From a virus, in the IMG/VR virus record IMGVR_UViG_3300043400_000014, positions 1 through 53,128 of that record: DNA of 53,128 nt, one strand, 5' to 3'. The notes below the pieces were generated by a model. The model saw only the letters and a program-made list of their open reading frames with translations, was not told where the DNA came from and did not search any database. A program made the position numbers and the translations under genes. Of the stretch, positions 33,746 to 43,557 are shown piece after piece; the first letter of the stretch is position 1, and every line of letters begins with the position of its first letter.

Positions 33746-34623
33746 TTTTTAATACCCTCATCAACTTTTCCGCCAACAAGCGACTCACCGGAAATGTCCA
33801 TAACAAAATCACCTTCCCGGTTATCACCGGAAAAGTCAAGTTGGCTAATTCGATAAGTTCCACCTTCCGCGTTCATTTGAAGAACTTCACTTTCAACAAT
33901 TACTTGCCGATTTGGTCTTGCTTCCGGGTTTAAAAGCGCTTTGACTTTAACCCCGTTATCTGTAATTGTTGGCGCGCCGATCATCCCCGTTTGAGCGTTG
34001 ATTAAAATAGCCCCCTCCAGATAACCGTCGCCTGGAATAATCTCCATTGTTTCATTCTGAATATTCCAGTAAAATCCGTTACCTCTGCCCAAAACGTCAA
34101 GTTCTCGCGTACAACTGCCGCACATACTGTATGGTCTTTTCAAGGTTCTAATATCATCTGGAAATTTCCATTCTCCCCTACTAATACCTTGTTTTTCCAT
34201 TTCTTTGTAAAGTTCTTCAACAACTTTTGGAATGGGTGTGTTTTTCGGTATCGTCTTACTAATTGTTGCGCGGCGATATGCTCCATCGCCGTCACCACAA
34301 CTCACGGTGCTGATAATATCAGGTCCGTCTCGGTCGTGTTGAAAATCCCGTATCCGACCTTTAGCAATAATGCCCAAATTACCGCCACCTTCTGGCGGAA
34401 CGTAACCAGCTTCGATTTGAACGATATCAAGTTCCCGCCCTAACGCTGCGCGGTGGTCAGGAGACAGGTTAAAGAGTTTTATGGAAAAGGTATTGGGCGA
34501 ACCTGAAATTCCACGAGAAACGTCAAACTGAACACGTAGTTCATGCGTGTCAACCGTATTGCTTGGGTTGACCGTAAATCCCCCCGGAAACGTAACCCGG
34601 ACTTTACGTAACCACTGACGCAT
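33742..34623 (-). CDS. baseplate hub-like protein
   Basis: Position before the spike. Start moved to ATG 34623 (GGAGG 6 nt upstream) from the longer track ORF. Confidence 0.45.
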   Translation of the reverse strand: MRQWLRKVRVTFPGGFTVNPSNTVDTHELRVQFDVSRGISGSPNTFSIKLFNLSPDHRAALGRELDIVQIEAGYVPPEGGGNLGIIAKGRIRDFQHDRDGPDIISTVSCGDGDGAYRRATISKTIPKNTPIPKVVEELYKEMEKQGISRGEWKFPDDIRTLKRPYSMCGSCTRELDVLGRGNGFYWNIQNETMEIIPGDGYLEGAILINAQTGMIGAPTITDNGVKVKALLNPEARPNRQVIVESEVLQMNAEGGTYRISQLDFSGDNREGDFVMDISGESLVGGKVDEGIKK

Positions 34624-34927
34624 CAATTTCCTCCTGTGTTGTATGGTACAGTTTAACCGTACCCAACGGAAGTCCAGAACGGTCGGGGATGCTGTCTCGA
34701 ACTTCAGACAGTGCAAAAATTACACCAATTCCAAATGAAAAAGCAGCTAACAAATCAACTCCAGTTACAATTTTACGACCGTGCAAAACAGGTGCGCCAT
34801 CAATAGCTAAATCCATAGACCAACGCTGCGTTGTAACGCTATACCAGATTTGAAACGTTACGCGCCGGTTATTCAAAACCGTGCTAAATTTCTGTTTAGG
34901 TTCATCCAAGATACGAAATTCAATCAT
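34604..34927 (-). CDS. tail/baseplate-associated hypothetical protein (107 aa)
   Basis: ATGA coupling to the upstream gene; position in the tail module. Confidence 0.55.
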   Translation of the reverse strand: MIEFRILDEPKQKFSTVLNNRRVTFQIWYSVTTQRWSMDLAIDGAPVLHGRKIVTGVDLLAAFSFGIGVIFALSEVRDSIPDRSGLPLGTVKLYHTTQEEIDASVVT

Positions 34928-35490
34928 TGGCTAATCCTGCTCAAGAGGGATTGAGTTTTAGCCGGATTTACGGAAGTTGTCGGGTTGTCTCCAGCTTGGA
35001 CGGTTGAAGCCGCCCGGTCGGCGGTAATTGAATTGTTTGCTGAATGTTTATCAGGTTTGACCGATCCCCGGCTATTCGCGCCACCAGGTTTGCCAGAGGG
35101 TTGTTTTCCGCCTTCCGCTGGAGCAGAACCTGTGGAAACGATTATAACTTGCCTACACGTGACGGTAGCTTTGAGAATGGTTGAATGAGTTTTGTCTCGC
35201 GTTGCGTCGATTGATTGAATCAACATATCTTTATAAACTGTCAGTCCAGTTACCAAATAAAACGGCACCCGACTTTCTTGAAATCGTATCAAAATATTGA
35301 ACATAGCCGCAGCATTGCGGTCAGCAATTTCAAGAACGACCTGTTTGGGTCTTACGTATGAGTGATCGTTTACTTCAGCCCCGGTTTCAATCGGATTGCT
35401 CGTGATTTCGATTTCCGAAGTGTGTTGCTCACTCAGAATGCAATTTACGGGAATTGGCCCAACGGCTCTTGAAAAAGCGATAACTGACAT
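34924..35490 (-). CDS. tail protein distal to the tape measure (188 aa)
   Basis: Start shares one base with the tape-measure stop; position. Confidence 0.55.
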   Translation of the reverse strand: MSVIAFSRAVGPIPVNCILSEQHTSEIEITSNPIETGAEVNDHSYVRPKQVVLEIADRNAAAMFNILIRFQESRVPFYLVTGLTVYKDMLIQSIDATRDKTHSTILKATVTCRQVIIVSTGSAPAEGGKQPSGKPGGANSRGSVKPDKHSANNSITADRAASTVQAGDNPTTSVNPAKTQSLLSRISQ

Positions 35491-37325
35491 CAGAAATGAG
35501 GTTCCGTTTCAATTTGAGAGCGTTGATTGGCGACGGCCCCCCGAACCGCTTGCCCCGTCGCTTGGGCAGCTTGCCCTGGAGCATTCGACGGTTGCGAAAC
35601 TGTCTGGTTGACGGTCACGTTATTGGTTTGAGAAATTACACGGGCATCAGTTTGATTAACCACAGCAGATTCAGCGCTTTTCTGAACGTCGGTATTGCCT
35701 TGATAGTTTCCATATATAGCGCGCATTTTCTCGTCAATCGGCGTCGAACTTTTATCCCCCGGTTGAGTAATACCCAGATTTCCGAACACCCCCCCACCAG
35801 CTTGGAAATCTTTTGCCCATTGAGGGATAAGACTTTCAAACCAAGCCCTGATCGCCCCGGTAACAGCATTCAGTCCAGCTAAAATACCGTTTCCAATGGC
35901 TTGTCCCATCCAAGCGAAATCTAAGCTTGCCCAGAGCGCTTTAAGATCGTTCCAGAAATACGCAACTAAGGCAGCTGCGACCCCGGCAAGAATTATTGCC
36001 CAACCGACGGGATTAGAAAGCAACGCGAAAGCTGCTGTAAATCCAGCTACTAAAGTTGAGCTCAAGCCGGTAAGACCAATCATCAAAGCCGGAACGAGCG
36101 CTGTTACTAAACCCGTCACTAATCGCAAAGCTATACCAGCAACCATAAACGGTTTCAATGTAAACGCTGCAACTAAAGCGACACCGACTGCAGCAGACAT
36201 TGCCGCTATAGCCCCGGCAACTTCATTTGACACGGGCACAATTTTTTGAATCCAGGAAATAAAGTTTCCGATTACACTTTCGCCGCCTTGAAAATAAGCG
36301 AAAAGATCATCAGCAGCCAACGCAATTAAAGAGAAAATCGTGACAAGAGGAAATGCGCGAGCAAAAAGAAAACCCAAAGCGACACCTAGTGCGGTTGCAA
36401 CTGGTTGAAGGGTTTCCCAATTTTCTATAATTGTGTTAACGTTTTCAGCAATCCGGGTTGCGACGGCAACGAAAACGTCCAACGCAAAACTTAGAGCCGA
36501 TCCTAGAGCCGCTGCCCACTGGTCCAACTTACCTTCTGAATCAAGTCGAGCGATAGTTGCTAACAGTCCGGCTAGTTCATCGGTAACTTTCTGGAAAAAA
36601 CCTGAATCGCCAATCCGACGTTGAAAGTCAGTCCAACTATCTCCCAAGTTTGACATCATGCCGTTAAAGGTGCGACTTTGACGATCCATTGCTCCAGAAA
36701 AACGATCACCGAGCGTTTCAAGCAGAAAGGCTCGAACGTCAGTTGCGTTTTTCTTGATAGTTTCGGTGAGTTCAACCCCGTTTTTAGTCCAGGAGAACGT
36801 AACGTTGTCGCCAGCTTGAGTTGCACGAATACCAAATTCTTTTAGACGCTCAAACTCCATACCGGAAGCGTCAGCAAACATTTCAACGGCAGCATTGAGA
36901 GGTTTTCCCATAGCTGAAGCTGTATCACCGAGCGTTCGCAAAGCGTCGTTGGCAATGGGGTCGATCCCGTATGCCTTAAGTTTAACAAAAGCTTCAGTGA
37001 TTTGACTGACTTCATAAGGAGTAGTTTTAGCAAATTCACTAATCCAACCAAGCGCTTGTTTCGCTTTATCGGCGCTGCCCTCAATTGTTTCAAGAGTAGC
37101 TTGATACTGCTCAAACTGAGCATTGGTGTTGACAACCGAGCGACCAAGCAAGGCGAAACCGGCAGCAGCGGCTGCGGACGCTATCTTCAATCCGGTTCCA
37201 ATCGCATTGCCGACCCGTTCAGCCGTCCGCTCTAAACGCTTCAACGTATCTTCATAACGTCGAGCTTCGCTTTCACCGGTTAATTCAAAGCCCAACAGGG
37301 CGATTAGTTCATCAGCGATTGCCAT
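35490..37325 (-). CDS. tape measure protein
   Basis: 611 aa with a helical N-terminus, a long hydrophobic Ala/Gly/Leu-rich centre, and position after the frameshifted chaperones. Confidence 0.8.
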   Translation of the reverse strand: MAIADELIALLGFELTGESEARRYEDTLKRLERTAERVGNAIGTGLKIASAAAAAGFALLGRSVVNTNAQFEQYQATLETIEGSADKAKQALGWISEFAKTTPYEVSQITEAFVKLKAYGIDPIANDALRTLGDTASAMGKPLNAAVEMFADASGMEFERLKEFGIRATQAGDNVTFSWTKNGVELTETIKKNATDVRAFLLETLGDRFSGAMDRQSRTFNGMMSNLGDSWTDFQRRIGDSGFFQKVTDELAGLLATIARLDSEGKLDQWAAALGSALSFALDVFVAVATRIAENVNTIIENWETLQPVATALGVALGFLFARAFPLVTIFSLIALAADDLFAYFQGGESVIGNFISWIQKIVPVSNEVAGAIAAMSAAVGVALVAAFTLKPFMVAGIALRLVTGLVTALVPALMIGLTGLSSTLVAGFTAAFALLSNPVGWAIILAGVAAALVAYFWNDLKALWASLDFAWMGQAIGNGILAGLNAVTGAIRAWFESLIPQWAKDFQAGGGVFGNLGITQPGDKSSTPIDEKMRAIYGNYQGNTDVQKSAESAVVNQTDARVISQTNNVTVNQTVSQPSNAPGQAAQATGQAVRGAVANQRSQIETEPHF

Positions 37326-37961
37326 TTTGAGCGCGCACCTTATTTGCTTCAGCCGCCCGGAGGTTTAAAGCCTCATGGGCATCAAGTACATCAGCAATGG
37401 TGACCCACTCTCTAAGGTCACGTTGAGAATATATTGGAGGATCGGCAATAATCGGCCTCCAGAGAAAGAAATTAAGATTGGGCGCAATTCGTCCAACCTC
37501 TTTAACGGTCAGGCCCCCGCTTTGTCCAGAAACTTCTTGAGGTTTCCATTGACTTGGGAGCCTGAGAAAAAATCCCCAAGCACCTCTTGCAGAACAAAAA
37601 TAATAACCGGAAACAGATCGCCCTTCTTTTGAGTAAAGTCCTGGTCGATGTTGACAGTTTCCCAGGCCCCACTTGGATTGTTCAATTGAGCCATTTCAAC
37701 AATATCCGAAATGATTTGAGTGACAACATCTGGATCACATTTGCTGAAAATATCGCCCAAAGCGGCGACCGCCGCCGCGTCCGAAGCTGCCTTGGCTTCC
37801 GCGTCAACTTCCCCTTTTTTACCCATACCGGCCAAGATTGTAGGAAGCCGGTCAACGCCGCCCCCTACAATCTTCAACAAACGCAGCTGTAACTTGATTG
37901 CTTCTGTCGCAAGAACGTTACCGACGCGGAACGTTCTGCCCCCGATCTTTTTCTCAGCCAT
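37312..37961 (-). CDS. tail assembly chaperone fusion (GT-like) made by a -1 programmed frameshift at T_TTT_TTC (37566..37572)
   Basis: Hand translation shows the -1 frame is open for 84 codons from the heptamer to TGA 37312..37314, overlapping the tape-measure start. Predicted product 216 aa. Confidence 0.65.
37509..37961 (-). CDS. tail assembly chaperone (G-like, zero-frame product)
   Basis: 150 aa, between tube and tape measure; contains the slippery heptamer. Confidence 0.7.
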   Translation of the reverse strand: MAEKKIGGRTFRVGNVLATEAIKLQLRLLKIVGGGVDRLPTILAGMGKKGEVDAEAKAASDAAAVAALGDIFSKCDPDVVTQIISDIVEMAQLNNPSGAWETVNIDQDFTQKKGDLFPVIIFVLQEVLGDFFSGSQVNGNLKKFLDKAGA

Positions 37962-37974
37962 TTCAGTTCCTCAC

Positions 37975-38400
37975 TTAATTTAAATCAGGTACGTTCGGTG
38001 ACCAGTTTCCTGTCACCAGAACCCATTCCCGTACGGTCGCGTTGGTTCCCTTTGTATCGTCGGGTGCAGTCTGAACGAAACAGTCTGTACCGTTGCCGCC
38101 TTCATTGCTACCGCTGTCGATAATATCAAACGGAAACCCGCGCAACAAACCAGCGCGTTGCGCACGCCATTTTTCAGTCAACTGTCGATGAGTTGGTGAG
38201 TTGGGTTTCAGTCGAAGCGTGATCATCGCAGAACGATCTGCCGATTGACTGAATAGTGGCGTACCATCGGCCCCAATCAACATTGTTCCAACATCAGCGC
38301 CAGGAGAAACTTGGATTGCGTTGTCACCATCCATAAGCCCAACAACCCGGCGACCGTCGAGAGTGGCCGTGACGTTGAGCATAGAGTAAGCAGTTGTCAT
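37975..38400 (-). CDS. tail tube protein (DUF3277-like)
   Basis: 141 aa immediately after the sheath-like gene. Confidence 0.55.
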   Translation of the reverse strand: MTTAYSMLNVTATLDGRRVVGLMDGDNAIQVSPGADVGTMLIGADGTPLFSQSADRSAMITLRLKPNSPTHRQLTEKWRAQRAGLLRGFPFDIIDSGSNEGGNGTDCFVQTAPDDTKGTNATVREWVLVTGNWSPNVPDLN

Positions 38401-38411
38401 GGTTTAACTCC

Positions 38412-39566
38412 TTAGAAAGTCATCGTGTAATTGATGGTGGTGTAGTGAACCGCTCCTGCATAACGGAAGCGAACGGAAATGGCTGGCGCAATCCGGGCTT
38501 TGCGCTGGCTTTCAGGCACGTCGAAGACGGACGGAACCGTAATCGAGAACGACGGTTCATACTCGCCCGTAAGCGGGTTGATGTCCGTTGCGACGATACC
38601 GGCGCGGATCGCTTGGGCCATAATCCCACGAGGCACGGAAGCCAGCTGCTGCATACCCTGATCTGTGAACGGGATACGGGCGTTATTCAAGAACATCGCC
38701 AACGCCTCTTCTTCAGTGCGGGCAATGATCCAATCGGTCGCATGTATTTCGTCCAGGAATACATTCTGAGTGAGCGTTGAACCTTCGACCAAGAAGTTCT
38801 GATCGCCAATATCGATCAGAGCGTTGGCGCAATGACCTACGCTCTCGCTCTGTCCGGTTCCTTCAACAAAACCAGTAATTGCAGTCAGAGCGGCGGAACC
38901 GACGTTCAATGCTGGAATACCCGGCATCTTTTTGAATTTCAGCGTGTAGGCGCTGTCAGCATCGTCAAATACACGAGTTGACATATAGCCCGCTGCCGAC
39001 GCAGCGAGATAAGCGGTTGTGGTTGCGTGATAAAAAACAGACGTGCGTTCAACATCGCCTTTATGACGTGCGGCGATATTGGTGGTATCGGCAGCAGTTT
39101 GCATAAGAACTGCGTTGCTGTCGATCATTGCAACCTTCGATTGGGCTTCGATCCATTCCACCAGACCGTCGAGATAAGGTTGATCCCGCAACGCCGCATC
39201 CAGAGTGATCATATACCAACTCTGATCGTAATTCAAAATTGCATTGAGAGAGGTAATGAAATCAGCTTTTTTGGCTGCGTCGTTGGCTCCTACTGGCGTT
39301 GCTGCGTAGCCGACCTTGAGACGTACCGGGCGCGGATTTTGAGAAAACGCACTAAGCGCTGCAGCGTACACCGATGTGTTGGCTGGATAATCCGCAGCCA
39401 CTTCATCAATTGACGCGTACAGCTTTGTGCGAGTTGTTGCGTCCACCTTACCAGCAACCGCCGTATGGGTGAGAATCAGTTGCGTGCCGAAACCCCGGCG
39501 TGTCGGAAAATTATCATTGCGCGACACGCTAACGTTTACAACCCGGCTGTATGGAAGCTTTGCCAT
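38412..39566 (-). CDS. tail sheath-like protein (DUF3383-like)
   Basis: 384 aa; N-terminal LPYSRVVNVSVS; gene order sheath, tube, chaperone, tape measure. Confidence 0.55.
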   Translation of the reverse strand: MAKLPYSRVVNVSVSRNDNFPTRRGFGTQLILTHTAVAGKVDATTRTKLYASIDEVAADYPANTSVYAAALSAFSQNPRPVRLKVGYAATPVGANDAAKKADFITSLNAILNYDQSWYMITLDAALRDQPYLDGLVEWIEAQSKVAMIDSNAVLMQTAADTTNIAARHKGDVERTSVFYHATTTAYLAASAAGYMSTRVFDDADSAYTLKFKKMPGIPALNVGSAALTAITGFVEGTGQSESVGHCANALIDIGDQNFLVEGSTLTQNVFLDEIHATDWIIARTEEEALAMFLNNARIPFTDQGMQQLASVPRGIMAQAIRAGIVATDINPLTGEYEPSFSITVPSVFDVPESQRKARIAPAISVRFRYAGAVHYTTINYTMTF

Positions 39567-39568
39567 GA

Positions 39569-40057
39569 TCAGGCCCTTTCTCCTGTGAAGTTGAAACTGT
39601 GTTCTTCAATGACGTCAACGACAAAACCGTTACTGGATTTTCCGCGCACAGTTATATTCACCTGAGTTCTGGGTTCCCATTTCTCGCCCATTAACTCAGG
39701 AATGCTGTTTGCTGCTGAAACCTCGTGAATTGTAAGGTTCGGACGCAGAGGTTCCTGAAGTTGAGACAAGTGGACCGCCGATTGAAGGCGACGCATCAGG
39801 TTCTCTCCTGAAGGACCGTAAATGAAAAATATAAAGACCCATTCAATTTCAATGTCCGGGGTTGCGATAACGTCATCGCCTGAATCAACATAAACAAACT
39901 TGTCTACGTTTTGCGATAAGTCGCGCCAATTTGAAAGATCGACCATTCCATAAGGTAACGTAGGACGATCAGCTTGCTGACGGTCTTTGATGACCACGAT
40001 AGACAAAAGTCCACCAAGCCATTCAATCAGCTGTTCATGTACCTCGTTATTGGTCAA
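39569..40057 (-). CDS. tail terminator / neck protein (tentative)
   Basis: Position before the sheath; TTG start with a TTGA overlap. Confidence 0.4.
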   Translation of the reverse strand: MTNNEVHEQLIEWLGGLLSIVVIKDRQQADRPTLPYGMVDLSNWRDLSQNVDKFVYVDSGDDVIATPDIEIEWVFIFFIYGPSGENLMRRLQSAVHLSQLQEPLRPNLTIHEVSAANSIPELMGEKWEPRTQVNITVRGKSSNGFVVDVIEEHSFNFTGERA

Positions 40058-40389
40058 CCTTGCGCCCTTTTCATCGCAAACTTGGTAAACCCATCAGATG
40101 GCCTGGGCCATGTGTGAATCACCCGATAAGTTTCGTTAGCATAAACGACTTCCCACTTGAAAGCAACTGTTGTTCTCGACCAACCAACCATTGATACTTC
40201 TGCCCGTAAACCTTCAGGAAGGTCTTGAAGCATTCGACCTGAAACTGGTTGAATAGCCGCCATACCTGAAATTGGAGCAGGAACCACGCCAGGAACAGCG
40301 TTTCCCTTTGAATCATAAGTAGAGACAGCCGGGGGCTGAAACGTCACCAGAACGGCTTCTGCGTCAATTGCTAATGCTACATCAGTCAA
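40054..40389 (-). CDS. head-tail joining protein (tentative)
   Basis: TTG 40389 has GGGAGG 7 nt upstream and a TTGA overlap; position in the neck module. Confidence 0.45.
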   Translation of the reverse strand: MTDVALAIDAEAVLVTFQPPAVSTYDSKGNAVPGVVPAPISGMAAIQPVSGRMLQDLPEGLRAEVSMVGWSRTTVAFKWEVVYANETYRVIHTWPRPSDGFTKFAMKRAQG

Positions 40390-40832
40390 GGTTTTACCTC
40401 CCAAGTAACTTTTGATCGCATTTCACCAGTATCAATCAAAGGGTTGCTTGAACCCTTAGCAGCAATCGTGGAAGGAGCGTTCGGGGGCGTGCGTAGGTTT
40501 GTGATTTCCTGCTGCACGTCTCCTTGGGCTACTATACCAAGTTTACGCATAGTTTGATCTAGGGTCGCTTGACCCTTCAAAATAGCGGCTCCAGCCGATT
40601 TCAAAGCAAATAGATATTTAGAGCGATTGTTACGCATAGCGTTGAGCAAAAAAGGGCGCGGCGGGATACCGCGACTTGTTCCATAATGATTCCAAATCGC
40701 GCGATCAATCACGCTTCCATCAACCTTACCGGCGGGAAAGCCGACTTTGACTTTTGTTGGACCTGAAATTGATTTAGGCAACTTGATATGTCGCCGCCGG
40801 ATAACCCGGCTACTCAAATTACACCAGCCCAA
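40386..40832 (-). CDS. HK97 gp10-like neck / tail completion protein
   Basis: C-terminal NPLIDTGEMRSKVTWEV motif. Non-ATG start (TTG 40832 or 40817). Confidence 0.5.
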   Translation of the reverse strand: MGWCNLSSRVIRRRHIKLPKSISGPTKVKVGFPAGKVDGSVIDRAIWNHYGTSRGIPPRPFLLNAMRNNRSKYLFALKSAGAAILKGQATLDQTMRKLGIVAQGDVQQEITNLRTPPNAPSTIAAKGSSNPLIDTGEMRSKVTWEVKP

Positions 40833-41223
40833 TGGCGGGGGAATTCAACTTTAACAGCTGAAAAAATCTCCGACCATACACTGTAAGCCCAAGAGAACCG
40901 GAAAGACTAGCGGACGAACTTCCGGCAGATGAACCGGTTTGCGCATATTGAGTTGTAACATCTCCAACTTTGCGCATAAGAACTTCGCGACCGGCTCCAG
41001 CGGGTAACGGTAACTGATTGTTGGAGGCTCTCGCGGGATAACCCTCCATTGAAAGGGAATGAGCGGTGAAAGCCATAATAGCTGGTTTTTGATCGTTTAT
41101 TTCCCAACCGTCGTCAACGATTGACAGTCCCTCTGCAATCATAAGCGTTACAAGACTATCGTCTACCGCTGTAAACTCTGGATAGCGCGTCTTGAACTCG
41201 ATTGCAGAGGGAATAGAAACCAT
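40819..41223 (-). CDS. head-tail connector protein (DUF4054-like)
   Basis: N-terminal FKTRYPEFTAVDDSLVTLMIAEG. Confidence 0.5.
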   Translation of the reverse strand: MVSIPSAIEFKTRYPEFTAVDDSLVTLMIAEGLSIVDDGWEINDQKPAIMAFTAHSLSMEGYPARASNNQLPLPAGAGREVLMRKVGDVTTQYAQTGSSAGSSSASLSGSLGLTVYGRRFFQLLKLNSPAIGLV

Positions 41224-41226
41224 GGA

Positions 41227-41994
41227 TTACGCGCCTTTTTTGTCGGCAATCATTTTCTTGAGTTTTTCAACACCAGTGTTGATATTCGGGTTCAAGCCCA
41301 AATCGCGGGCTTCTTTCAAAAGCGCCTCGCGGTCGCCGGTCTTGGCAGCTTCTTCAGCTTCCAAGATGGCGTTGAGCAGATCATCGTCCGAAATATCAGA
41401 CGGGAACGCAACACCCAAACCGGTAGCCTTTGATTCAAGAAGTTCGCGTTCGGTCGGGGGATTTGTATTTTCAACAGGCGTTACCGCTGTGTCCGAAACG
41501 ATCAAACCCTGCTCCAACCAAAGTTTGGCAGCATTACCTAAACGCCATTTGTCGAAAACGTTGGAAGCGATTTCGACTGTTGCGCCAGGTCGAATATCGG
41601 TTCCAACGTTTTCAACACCAGTGTTGATATTCGGGTTCAAGCCCAAATCGCGGGCTTCTTTCAAAAGCGCCTCGCGGTCGCCGGTCTTGGCAGCTTCTTC
41701 AGCTTCCAAGATGGCGTTGAGCAGATCATCGTCCGAAATATCAGACGGGAACGCAACACCCAAACCGGTAGCCTTTGATTCAAGAAGTTCGCGTTCGGTC
41801 GGGGGATTTGTATTTTCAACAGGCGTTACCGCTGTGTCCGAAACGATCAAACCCTGCTCCAACCAAAGTTTGGCAGCATTACCTAAACGCCATTTGTCGA
41901 AAACGTTGGAAGCGATTTCGACTGTTGCGCCAGGTCGAATATCGGTTCCACCAACATTCAAAATACCGGTATAATTGTTTGTCACTTTTGTCAT
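41227..41994 (-). CDS. capsid-module protein with a perfect 115-aa internal duplication; HeH/Rho-N-like C-terminal motif in each unit
   Basis: The unit GTDIRPGATVEIASNVFDKW...LLKEARDLGLNPNINTGVE occurs twice. Confidence 0.7.
   Translation of the reverse strand: MTKVTNNYTGILNVGGTDIRPGATVEIASNVFDKWRLGNAAKLWLEQGLIVSDTAVTPVENTNPPTERELLESKATGLGVAFPSDISDDDLLNAILEAEEAAKTGDREALLKEARDLGLNPNINTGVENVGTDIRPGATVEIASNVFDKWRLGNAAKLWLEQGLIVSDTAVTPVENTNPPTERELLESKATGLGVAFPSDISDDDLLNAILEAEEAAKTGDREALLKEARDLGLNPNINTGVEKLKKMIADKKGA
41264..41950. repeat. in-frame tandem duplication, period 345 bp
   Basis: 41264..41605 is identical base for base to 41609..41950 (342 of 342). Confidence 0.95.
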
Positions 41995-42028
41995 TATCTT
42001 CTCCTCATAAAAACTGTTGACTTCTGAC

Positions 42029-42065
42029 GCCCCGACCCCGCACCCTTTTCAGGGGCGGGGCTTTT
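42029..42065 (+). terminator. 10-bp GC stem (GCCCCGaCCCC / GGGGCGGGGC) followed by TTTT on the plus strand, downstream of the capsid gene
   Basis: Read directly. In the coding (minus) sense it is preceded by AAAA and not followed by a U-run. Confidence 0.5.
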
Positions 42066-42081
42066 GGGTAACGCTTGCAAT

Positions 42082-42104
42082 GCGACGGTATCAGATACCG
42101 TCGC
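42082..42104. other. 9-bp-stem hairpin GCGACGGTA-TCAGA-TACCGTCGC enclosing the capsid stop codon
   Basis: Read directly. Confidence 0.6.
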
Positions 42105-43029
42105 TATAACGCACTTCTTTGGGCAGACGAATATCTAACGGTCCCAGACGGAAGATGCCTGGGATTTTGTACATCAGACCCTCAACCTGAACTGGCAGGA
42201 AGCGGTGACGCATTGGAATATGAGCCTTCAGAACTTCTGGAGACTTGCGGTAAGCAACCATACGGGCAGTTGATCCCGCGCCAGCTGCATTCAATCCGCG
42301 TGAACCGCGAATTGTCAACTGGTTGCCGGTTTCAGCTGTGTACACGTTTGCCTGCTGAAGAAACTGCAGAATAGTCAAAGCGCCGTTGCCGTCACCAAGA
42401 CGTCGAGACGCAATATACTGCAATTTGGTAGCTGGGAGCAGAAGAGTATCAGCCATCGCGATTTCATTGGTTGCTGTGTAAATTCCACCCAACAACTCGT
42501 TGACGTCGCTCAGAATTTGATCTTCAGTGGCAGTAGCCCAAGCGCCATGTGTCGCTGAAATAGCAGTCACTGAAGCGTTGTTGTACAGACCCTTCCAACC
42601 TTTTTCAACGTCGCCGGTAAACATAATATTGTCAACCGTGCGTTCATAAACCAGTCGCGCCGCCGCCGCTTTTTCACCAGCCAGGTTCATGCCGAGCATG
42701 AGCGCCTGATTGACTTCTTCAAGGCCGTAATCGTAACCGATACCAGCCATCTGAACCGACGTTTCGGACTGTTCCATTGAAGTTCCAACAACCGGAACAT
42801 CGCTTGTGCGGTCGCCAATCCAAGCAGCCTTACCAGAGATATCCATGCTGTAGTAAGTGATTGTCTTGATCCACTCCGGTGCGGAGTAATCAACAGGAAT
42901 CAAGCCCGGATAGCGAATTGCCGGAAACCGGCTGCGGTAAACGCCAGCTTCCACGTATGCGGTCTGCGATTCAACAAACCCAAGGTTTGCCTGCATCGCG
43001 TCACCGACCATGAGTTGATTGTTGTTCAT
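42091..43029 (-). CDS. major capsid protein (DUF2184-like)
   Basis: 312 aa. Order is scaffold, decoration, capsid. N-terminal LGFVESQTAYVEAGVY..LIPVD recalled from DUF2184 coat proteins. Followed by strong hairpins. Confidence 0.7.
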   Translation of the reverse strand: MNNNQLMVGDAMQANLGFVESQTAYVEAGVYRSRFPAIRYPGLIPVDYSAPEWIKTITYYSMDISGKAAWIGDRTSDVPVVGTSMEQSETSVQMAGIGYDYGLEEVNQALMLGMNLAGEKAAAARLVYERTVDNIMFTGDVEKGWKGLYNNASVTAISATHGAWATATEDQILSDVNELLGGIYTATNEIAMADTLLLPATKLQYIASRRLGDGNGALTILQFLQQANVYTAETGNQLTIRGSRGLNAAGAGSTARMVAYRKSPEVLKAHIPMRHRFLPVQVEGLMYKIPGIFRLGPLDIRLPKEVRYSDGI

Positions 43030-43048
43030 GTTCGAAGGCTCCTTGAGG

Positions 43049-43546
43049 TTACGCGCCAGCTACAGCTGGAACGTCGAAGTTGACACGCATCCGTGCGATA
43101 GCGCCGTTGGCACCAGCACTTTCCCAACGGCAACCCGGCAAGCGAATACCGCCGCTGGAACCAACGTCAGCGTTGCTGAATGTACCATCGGATTTTTTCA
43201 GCCAGACCGGATCACCAGCAACAACGCCACCGACGTCCGTTACCTTGACCGCAATGACGCCCTGACGCATCACAGCAATCGTATCACCGATTGGATACGT
43301 ATCCGGGTTGACCGCGCGTGCGCCGGTCGCCTGAGACAGCACGGTGATACCGCCAGCGTTGACCTGATCCAGAGTAGCTGCTGAAACGTCTGGAGTGACA
43401 ATATGTTCGCCCGAACCGCGAACCATTTTGCCGAAACCGACCGCAGCAGCGGCTGTACGGGAAACGATGACAGCTGGAGAAGTATCAACAATCTGACCCT
43501 CAACCAGAGCAACCGGATCAATGTTATAATTTTCAGAGTATCCCAT
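43049..43546 (-). CDS. capsid decoration / cement-like protein
   Basis: 165 aa between the scaffold and capsid genes. Confidence 0.45.
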   Translation of the reverse strand: MGYSENYNIDPVALVEGQIVDTSPAVIVSRTAAAAVGFGKMVRGSGEHIVTPDVSAATLDQVNAGGITVLSQATGARAVNPDTYPIGDTIAVMRQGVIAVKVTDVGGVVAGDPVWLKKSDGTFSNADVGSSGGIRLPGCRWESAGANGAIARMRVNFDVPAVAGA

Positions 43547-43557
43547 TGAAGTGTTCC

